DNA from: Ignavibacteriales bacterium | GTDB taxonomy: Bacteria > Bacteroidota > Ignavibacteria > UBA10030 > UBA8401 | Assembly: GCA_026390635.1 (NCBI GenBank) | Contig: JAPLFO010000148.1 | Location: 124,080 to 188,079, forward strand | DNA length: 64,000 bases | Reading direction: 5' to 3' | Part shown: piece by piece, positions 57,633 through 64,000 of the stretch | Layout: every line of letters begins with the position of its first letter | How positions within the stretch are numbered: the first letter of the stretch is position 1 | Notes under the pieces: generated by a model | What the model was told of the DNA's origin: nothing | Seen by the model: the letters and a program-made list of their open reading frames with translations, nothing else | The model's database searches: none | Made by a program: the position numbers and the translations under genes

Positions 57633-59144
57633 CTACCGTTCGAACATGTCCGCTACGGGAAGAATCGTCACGTTGTTTGCTTTGATCTTCAATGGAAACG
57701 TACTGATTTGTTTATCTTCCGCCAGAACGGCATCCGGTTTCGGTGTCTTGTAAGTGATGGGACTCACCGCGTTCGTGACTAACGCGTCTTTGAAGGTCTG
57801 TGCATCTTTCGTTACAATGGCGATCTGCATATTCTCGTGCTGCCAGTATTTCCTGATGGCAGCATTGACATCTTTCAGCGTGATATTTTCCATCGCCGCC
57901 CGGAATTTCTCCAGATGGCTCCCGTCGATTCCGTAAAATACGTCGTCGAGCGCATAGCCAAGACGTTCCATCGTTGTTGGTGCATAATGGAGCACGTATT
58001 TTTTGAGGAAGTTCCTGGTCAGCGTGAAATCTTCATTCGTCATGCCGTTGTCAACAAGCCGGGTGAATTCTCGTACTGCGGCGCGCAGGGCAAAATGCCG
58101 GGTTTCGTTCGGGACGGGACGGATCCAGATCTCGAATATCTGCTGATGCCGGCACGCATTCTGCGGCGGCATTTGCATCCGTCCGCCATTGGGAAAATGT
58201 TCGATGTAGGCATAGTCACCGTAATTCAGTCCACGTTTTTCGCGGATCACCTGGTACAGGTGACTTGCAGAATTGCGATGCTCGCCGAGCCATGATGTCG
58301 CGATCGCAAGCGCGTACCAATCACGCGAACCGCGATGCGCACTGATGGGAAAACCGATGCTGATGGCCGTTGCCGGAGCATCTTTTTCGATCATCGCAAC
58401 ATGAAGCCCTTTCAGTGGAGCCGGCGTGGAGACCGGTGGTGCTGATCCAGCGCCCGCCGGAAGCGTTGCGAGATCGTTCTGCAATTTCTTAATCAGTCCT
58501 TCATCATATCCGCCGCCGAGTCCGATGACGACGTTGTCGCGCATAAAGTGCTTTGCATAGAACGATTTCACGTCGTCAACTGTAATGCTTTTCACCGACT
58601 GCACAGTACCGCTGGTGATGTGCCCATAGGGTGTTCCGGCATAGACCGAATTGTACAATAGCGCCTTGCCGAGTTCTTCATCGCTGGAGTATCGCAGCGA
58701 ATTTTCGAGACGGTTGAGGACTTGGCTCTTGATGCGATCCAGATCTTCCGTTTTGAACGCCGGCCGGAGCAGCGCATCCATCAGCAACGGATAATATTCC
58801 GCGAGATTGTCTTTGTGGATGCGTCCGGTCACCACCGTCATTTCGACAGAGGTTGAGGCGTCATATCCCGCCGCGAGCGGAAAGAGTTTGTCGAGAATGA
58901 CCTCGTAGTTGTTGGCCTTCGTCGATGCATCCGTCAGCATGGCGGCCGTGATGGCCGCGAGACCTTCTTTGCCCGCCGGATCGTTCTGCGATCCTGTTTT
59001 GAACCAGAGGCGGAATGAAATTGTCGGATCGTTCTGTACCGGCAACAGCACAAGTTTCTTACCAGACACGATATGTTCTCCTGCAATGACCATAGATCCT
59101 GTCAGCATTCCCGCAATCATCAACGCCGTCATGAGTGCTCTCAT
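57633..59144 (-). CDS. M16-family (pitrilysin-like) peptidase, probable non-catalytic partner subunit
   Basis: Signal peptide and the M16 fold, without an HxxEH motif. Its start shares a base with the stop of the upstream M16 gene. Confidence 0.75.
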   Translation of the reverse strand: MRALMTALMIAGMLTGSMVIAGEHIVSGKKLVLLPVQNDPTISFRLWFKTGSQNDPAGKEGLAAITAAMLTDASTKANNYEVILDKLFPLAAGYDASTSVEMTVVTGRIHKDNLAEYYPLLMDALLRPAFKTEDLDRIKSQVLNRLENSLRYSSDEELGKALLYNSVYAGTPYGHITSGTVQSVKSITVDDVKSFYAKHFMRDNVVIGLGGGYDEGLIKKLQNDLATLPAGAGSAPPVSTPAPLKGLHVAMIEKDAPATAISIGFPISAHRGSRDWYALAIATSWLGEHRNSASHLYQVIREKRGLNYGDYAYIEHFPNGGRMQMPPQNACRHQQIFEIWIRPVPNETRHFALRAAVREFTRLVDNGMTNEDFTLTRNFLKKYVLHYAPTTMERLGYALDDVFYGIDGSHLEKFRAAMENITLKDVNAAIRKYWQHENMQIAIVTKDAQTFKDALVTNAVSPITYKTPKPDAVLAEDKQISTFPLKIKANNVTILPVADMFER

Positions 59145-60475
59145 TATTTCGCTCCTTTCAGCACGACGACAGAGCGGGAATCCGGCACAAAATATTTCTG
59201 GGCCGCCTTCATCACGTCCTCTGCCGTCACGTTGTCGAGCGCTGCGTAGAAACCGTTGACGGTTTCAATACTTCCGCTGAGCGCCGCAAAACGGGCGAGC
59301 CCGCCTGCCACATGGTCCGGCGTCGACAGGTGCATCAGAAACGAGTATTTGTTTCTGCGTTTCAGATCGTTAAGTTTTTTTGCATCGACCGGAACTTTTT
59401 TGAACTGTTCGAGCACTGCGAAAATTTCATCCCGTACTGCAGCAACATCGTCCACTTTTTTGACCATAGAATAGATTTCAAATAACGGCACATCGCGATT
59501 GACGGGAATAGACGCGCTCAGCATCTGCACGCGCTGTTCGTTCACAACCAGCTTCTTGTAGATATCGGACGTTTCGCCGAACGCAAGATCCGACAGTACT
59601 GTCGACGCGACAAAGAGGCGGTTGCCCGGGTCATACGCATCCCCTTTGTAGGCGATATCCAGAATCGGGAGCGTCCGTCCGGGATAGTCGATGTCCGCCG
59701 TTCGTTCACCACGCTGCGGCGGTTCCGGCGTGATAGCCGGCAGCACATATCCCTTTTCCCATCCGCCGTAATATTGCTTCACCAACGACAGCGTTTTTTG
59801 CTGATCAATGTCTCCAACAATCAGCAGAACGACATTCTCGGGCCGGTAGAAGCGGTGGAAAAACGATTTGCTGTAGTCATAGGCTTCAGGCATCGCCTTG
59901 ATGTCCGCCTCGAAGCCGATGGTTGTATGCTTGTAGGTGTGCACGTCGAATGCAAGGTTCTGCATCTTCTCGTTCAGCACGGAAAAGGGGCTGGTGATTC
60001 CCTTGCGATACTCGCCGTAGACTGCGCCTGCTTCGGTCTGGAACTCACGCTGTTCGTACGATAGATTCTGAAAGCGATCACTTTCCATTTCGATTACTTT
60101 TTCGAGATCTTCTGTGGCGAGTTCCAGATGATATGCCGTGTAGTCGTCCGTCGTGTATGCATTGGCGTTCGCACCAATGCTGGTGATGACCGAATCATAG
60201 ACAGATCCGGGATATTTCTTTGTACCGCGGAACATCATGTGTTCGAAGAAATGTGCAAAGCCGGATTTTCCCGGTTCCACTTCGTCGCGACTACCTGTTC
60301 GAACGACGGAGTAGTACGCAACGAGCCCGGGGCTCTCCATCGGGATCATGATGACGGTGAGCCCGTTCGGAAGAATCTCTTTCTGATAGCGATATGGGAA
60401 AATAGAATCAGCCATGGCAATGCTTCCGATACCCAGCAGCAGAAGCGGCAATGCTCGGATGATGAGTTTCGTCAT
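59144..60475 (-). CDS. M16-family zinc peptidase (pitrilysin-like), catalytic subunit
   Basis: Signal peptide. Inverted zinc-binding motif HFFEHMMF (HxxEH) and the downstream Glu region. Confidence 0.85.
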   Translation of the reverse strand: MTKLIIRALPLLLLGIGSIAMADSIFPYRYQKEILPNGLTVIMIPMESPGLVAYYSVVRTGSRDEVEPGKSGFAHFFEHMMFRGTKKYPGSVYDSVITSIGANANAYTTDDYTAYHLELATEDLEKVIEMESDRFQNLSYEQREFQTEAGAVYGEYRKGITSPFSVLNEKMQNLAFDVHTYKHTTIGFEADIKAMPEAYDYSKSFFHRFYRPENVVLLIVGDIDQQKTLSLVKQYYGGWEKGYVLPAITPEPPQRGERTADIDYPGRTLPILDIAYKGDAYDPGNRLFVASTVLSDLAFGETSDIYKKLVVNEQRVQMLSASIPVNRDVPLFEIYSMVKKVDDVAAVRDEIFAVLEQFKKVPVDAKKLNDLKRRNKYSFLMHLSTPDHVAGGLARFAALSGSIETVNGFYAALDNVTAEDVMKAAQKYFVPDSRSVVVLKGAK

Positions 60476-60492
60476 GCGACAACCTCCGTGTC

Positions 60493-61212
60493 TTACTTTT
60501 TATGACCTGCGGGTTCTATGGCCATCAATTCCAGTTCGTAAATTAAGACTGCATTGGGTGCGACGGTCGGATAGGGAGCGCGATCGCCAAAGCCGAGCTC
60601 TGCCGGAACCACAATCTGCCATTTTGAACCGACAGACATCAGTTGGAGTGCTTCCGTCCATCCTTTGTTGACCGCGCCTACGGGCACAGAGACCATGCCG
60701 CCGTATTGATTCGAGTTGTCCACTTCTTTTCCGTCAATGGTTTTGCAGTTGAAGCGCAGTCCAACGACCTGGCTCATTTTCGGTTTGGCTCCGCTGCCGG
60801 GCGCCAGAATCTTATACTGAAGGCCGCTTGTCGTGGTAACAACACCCTGTTTCGCTTTGTTCTCCGCCAGGAATTTCGGACCCTCAGTCTTATTCTTCTC
60901 CGCCTGGACTTTCATTTTTTCCATGTGCCGTACTTTCAAGCGTTCCTGCAATTGCATTGCAACACCGCGAAGCTGTTCATCTGTAAAGAGCGCTTTGCCC
61001 TTGGTCGTATCGGCATCGAGGATCCCTTTTTCCACAAAGGTGGGATTCAGAACGAAATCCTGTTGTTGGAGATTCTTTGCAGTCTGGAAACCGATCGCAT
61101 AGCTTGCGCTATCCTCCAATGTCTTCATCTTCCCGGCTTCCTGGTTCTTCCCGCTGCAACCCGCCAGAAGAAGTCCCGCAACTAATCCAACTGCAATGAT
61201 CGTCTTTTTCAT
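60493..61212 (-). CDS. FKBP-type peptidyl-prolyl cis-trans isomerase lipoprotein (FkpA/Mip-like)
   Basis: Lipobox LLLAGCSG, an N-terminal dimerisation helix region and a C-terminal FKBP domain (GxxVxxRFxxxxxDGKExD...VxxGAxxxGWxEAL...GSKWQIVVP). Confidence 0.88.
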   Translation of the reverse strand: MKKTIIAVGLVAGLLLAGCSGKNQEAGKMKTLEDSASYAIGFQTAKNLQQQDFVLNPTFVEKGILDADTTKGKALFTDEQLRGVAMQLQERLKVRHMEKMKVQAEKNKTEGPKFLAENKAKQGVVTTTSGLQYKILAPGSGAKPKMSQVVGLRFNCKTIDGKEVDNSNQYGGMVSVPVGAVNKGWTEALQLMSVGSKWQIVVPAELGFGDRAPYPTVAPNAVLIYELELMAIEPAGHKK

Positions 61213-61393
61213 GAGGCAAATATCCCTTCAAATAAAGAGTACTGTGATTGTGATCGAATTGAAGATTGACTTTTAAAATACGATTTTTTGACCGTTTCTC
61301 CAAGCTTCCGCTGTTTGCATTTGGCTCGATTTAGCTCTACTTTAGATTCGGAATTTCACCGTTTTTGACTAGAAAAGGGCTTTTTTCCATTCC

Positions 61394-63055
61394 ATGCTTT
61401 CCCATCTCTACACCTTTCGTCATCTTGTTCTTTTGCTTTCAGCTTCAATGGAGGGCAAGACAATCGCTGCTATCTACTCTCAGGAGAAGAATCAGCTTTG
61501 TCTTGTCTTTGATGAGGACGATCCGTCGACCCTCGTTGTCTCTTGCGAAGCCTCTTTCAACTACGTTGTGAGCCGGCACGGTACCGGCCGCACAAAAAGG
61601 AACTCGATTGATCTCTTTCCGCACCTGCCGGGAAAGACTATCCGCAAAATTGGATGCAAAGATTTTGATAGAATCATCGAGATTGACCTGGAAACCGGAC
61701 AGCGTCTGGAAATCCTGATGTTCGGCACCAAGGCGAATGCCCTTCTTTACACCGGATCTACTCTCGAAGATGCTTTTCTGCGAAAAAAGGAAATCGTTGC
61801 CGGTGAAGAACTGGTTGCATACAAAGAACCGGCAGCATCATCCGCTTCAGATATCGCTTCCTGGATTGAGCGTTTTCGTTCATTCGCCGTGGACATGCCG
61901 CTTCATCGTGCACTTCGAAATGTTCTTCCTGATTTCGGGACCACTTTGACGACAGAAGCGCTTTTCCGTTGCGGTATGCCTGGAATGGATCCTGTCGGAC
62001 GGCTGATTGACCGTGATCTTGAGAGACTTTTTCATGCGGTCCAAAACATCCTCTCCATGCTGCAACCGTCCCCTGCACGCCTGCAGCCCTGCATCTACTA
62101 CGACGAGGAGAATACTCCGGTCTGTTTTTCCCTGCTGCCGCTTCATTCCATGGAACAATACCGACTTGAAATCTATCCTGACGTCAATGAGGGCATTCAG
62201 CGGTTCGTGTCCCGCAAACTGCGATCTGCTTCCTTCCTGAAAGAACAGGATTCCATCCTTTCACGGCTGCAGAAGGAGGAGAAGAAAATTGAGCATGCGT
62301 TAAGCCGGGTGACCAAGGATCTGGAAGAGAGTTCACGCTCGGACGAATATGAGCGGTCCGGAAAGATTCTGATGGCCCAGTTGCCGCTTTTGTCAAAAGG
62401 GATGAAATCATTCGAATATCAAGGCGAGAAGATCGCCATGGAGCCGGCAATGACTCCAGTCCAGAATGCCGAGCGCTACTTCGGTAAGGCAAAGAAATCG
62501 AAAGCAGCACGAGATGAACAGCGCGCCCGGACGTCCGAGCTGCAGAATGAGCTCATGGTTCTCCGTATGCTGGCGGAAGAGGCGGCGGAATTGCAGACAC
62601 CGGAAGCAATCGCCCGATTTCAGGATTCGAGAGAGAAATATCTTGCCCGTTTGGGGATAACACCACCCGGTTCGACCAAAGAACTTCCGCCCTTTCGGAT
62701 TTTCACAGTTGACGGTGGTTTTCAGGTCCTTGCCGGCAAAAGCAGTGAAAACAACGACCTACTCACTCTAAAATATGCAAAACCGGATGATCTCTGGTTC
62801 CATGCGCGCGGGTCGAGCGGATCGCATGTAGTCCTCAAAATCGGAAGCGCAAAAGGAGATCCGTCAAAGCGGGCTATCCATCAAGCGGCGTCTATTGCCG
62901 CCTATTACAGTAAGATGAAAAACGCCAGCATGATACCTGTTGCCATGACGGCAAAGAAGTTCGTCCGCAAACCGAAAGGCGTTCCAGCAGGGACTGTTGT
63001 AATTGAACGAGAAAAAGTGTTATTTGTGGAAGCAGAACTCCCCTCGGACTCATAA
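61394..63055 (+). CDS. NFACT-family protein (FbpA/RqcH-like; NFACT-N + coiled coil + DUF814/NFACT-R)
   Basis: C-terminal DUF814 signature DDLWFHARGSSGSHVVLK...AIHQAASIAAYYSK. N-terminal NFACT-N-like pattern. Confidence 0.75.
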   Translation: MLSHLYTFRHLVLLLSASMEGKTIAAIYSQEKNQLCLVFDEDDPSTLVVSCEASFNYVVSRHGTGRTKRNSIDLFPHLPGKTIRKIGCKDFDRIIEIDLETGQRLEILMFGTKANALLYTGSTLEDAFLRKKEIVAGEELVAYKEPAASSASDIASWIERFRSFAVDMPLHRALRNVLPDFGTTLTTEALFRCGMPGMDPVGRLIDRDLERLFHAVQNILSMLQPSPARLQPCIYYDEENTPVCFSLLPLHSMEQYRLEIYPDVNEGIQRFVSRKLRSASFLKEQDSILSRLQKEEKKIEHALSRVTKDLEESSRSDEYERSGKILMAQLPLLSKGMKSFEYQGEKIAMEPAMTPVQNAERYFGKAKKSKAARDEQRARTSELQNELMVLRMLAEEAAELQTPEAIARFQDSREKYLARLGITPPGSTKELPPFRIFTVDGGFQVLAGKSSENNDLLTLKYAKPDDLWFHARGSSGSHVVLKIGSAKGDPSKRAIHQAASIAAYYSKMKNASMIPVAMTAKKFVRKPKGVPAGTVVIEREKVLFVEAELPSDS

Positions 63056-63065
63056 AAACGCATAT

Positions 63066-63731
63066 ATGGCGGAATCGATTCTCGTTGTAGATGATGACAA
63101 CTATATTCGCGTAATCCTGCAGAAACGTCTCTCGACCGCCGGATACAATATTCGCGTTGCGGTGGACGGAGTAGCCGGTCTCGCTGCCGCCAAAGAATCC
63201 CAGCCCGACCTGATCATCTCCGATTGGACGATGCCGAATATGGACGGACTGGAACTGTGCCGGACAATCAAAAATGACGAGTTTCTTCGGTATGCATATT
63301 TCATCCTCCTCACGGCCAAGGACACGCAGGATGATAAAATTGAAGCGATTGAGGGCGGTGCGGACGACTATCTTACAAAACCATTCAACGACCGGGAGCT
63401 CATGGCGCGTGTCCGCGCAGGCCTGCGCATCGGGCGGCTGCAAAAAGAAATCTCGTCCCTTCAACACGAGAAAGCGGTGACCGAACTTGCTGTCACTCTC
63501 GGCCATGAAATCAACAATCCGCTTGGCATTATGATGCTGATGCTGCAGGTCATTCAACGGAAGGACAACGCGGTGCCGTTGAGCGAAATTCAAAAAGAAA
63601 TTGAAACGTGCTTAACGAACGGCAAGCGCATGGCGGAGATAGTGAAAAAGCTTTCAACCCTTGAGTCTCCGCAGTACAAGCCGTATCTTAAAAATTCAGG
63701 AACCAACATGCTGGACCTCAGCCAGTCGTAA
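63066..63731 (+). CDS. Response-regulator receiver domain fused to a HisKA-like dimerisation/phosphoacceptor segment (no ATPase domain)
   Basis: REC: LVVDDD...DLIISDWTMPNMDG...LLTAK...YLTKPF. C-terminus: coiled coil, then H-box-like LGHEINNPLGIM. Confidence 0.75.
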   Translation: MAESILVVDDDNYIRVILQKRLSTAGYNIRVAVDGVAGLAAAKESQPDLIISDWTMPNMDGLELCRTIKNDEFLRYAYFILLTAKDTQDDKIEAIEGGADDYLTKPFNDRELMARVRAGLRIGRLQKEISSLQHEKAVTELAVTLGHEINNPLGIMMLMLQVIQRKDNAVPLSEIQKEIETCLTNGKRMAEIVKKLSTLESPQYKPYLKNSGTNMLDLSQS

Positions 63732-63755
63732 ACGATTGGAGGAACATATCCCCCT

Positions 63756-64000
63756 ATGGACTTACTGGAATTTGACATCGATTTTCTTGCACAGAAGCTT
63801 TCATCCAACGCTTCGTCACCCATCTTCGCACGCCTGGCCGATCTGTATCTCGCCAAAGGACAGGTTGACGATGCACTAAAAATCTGCACCGACGGCGTTG
63901 CAGAGCATCCGGCCTACGCTTCGGGATTTGTTCTACTGGGACGCTGCTATATGGCGACCGAAGATAGGGGGAAAGCGGAGAAGGCGTTGACCCGGGCGCT
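63756..64000 (+). CDS. TPR-like repeat protein, 3' end outside the window
   Basis: GGAGGAA RBS. The ORF is still open at 64000. Carries LADLYLAKGQVDDALKICTDGV...GFVLLGRCY TPR-like helices. Confidence 0.55.
   Translation, partial: MDLLEFDIDFLAQKLSSNASSPIFARLADLYLAKGQVDDALKICTDGVAEHPAYASGFVLLGRCYMATEDRGKAEKALTRA

Noticed and set aside
60643-61185. 180-aa plus-strand ORF
   Set aside because: Antisense to the FKBP isomerase gene.

Overview
This is a 64-kb stretch of a Gram-negative bacterial chromosome, gene-dense, with about 55 coding genes on both strands and no rRNA, tRNA or CRISPR array recognisable by eye. A Por/T9SS C-terminal sorting domain on an S1/P1 nuclease, an LPS-transport/Kdo cluster and sigma70-like promoters point to an FCB-group organism (Ignavibacteria/Chlorobi/Bacteroidota-like) with roughly 55-60 % GC. 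Housekeeping content: a hrcA-grpE-dnaJ heat-shock operon fused to comEA, a pilM-like gene, rsmD and coaD; ssb; hflX; prfC; htpX; tyrA plus DAHP synthase; an aminotransferase; an lptB, lptA-like, lptC-like, kdsD, kdsA cluster; GT2 and GT-C glycosyltransferases; and many secreted peptidases (S9, tricorn, two M16, a caspase-like C14). The most unusual locus is a co-directional cluster at 4978-11587. It encodes a signal-peptide WD40-orthocaspase fusion, a secreted DUF4384 protein, a CHASE2-sensor class III adenylate cyclase, a DUF192 protein and a calcineurin-like phosphoesterase. I read this as a candidate extracytoplasmic protease-to-cAMP signalling module. A dispersed GC-rich repeat family (core GGTCACCGAGCG...CGAAGCCGAGG) occurs at five or more intergenic sites. 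One locus carries it as a 3.5-copy tandem array plus two inverted copies flanking a small GIY-YIG nuclease gene, giving a TIR-bounded mini-element look. Three genes (ggt, pckA, the GIY-YIG gene) are broken by single-base indels inside homopolymer runs. That pattern suggests sequencing or assembly indel error rather than true pseudogenes, so gene boundaries elsewhere should be treated with some caution. All family assignments are by eye from the translated ORFs; no searches were run.
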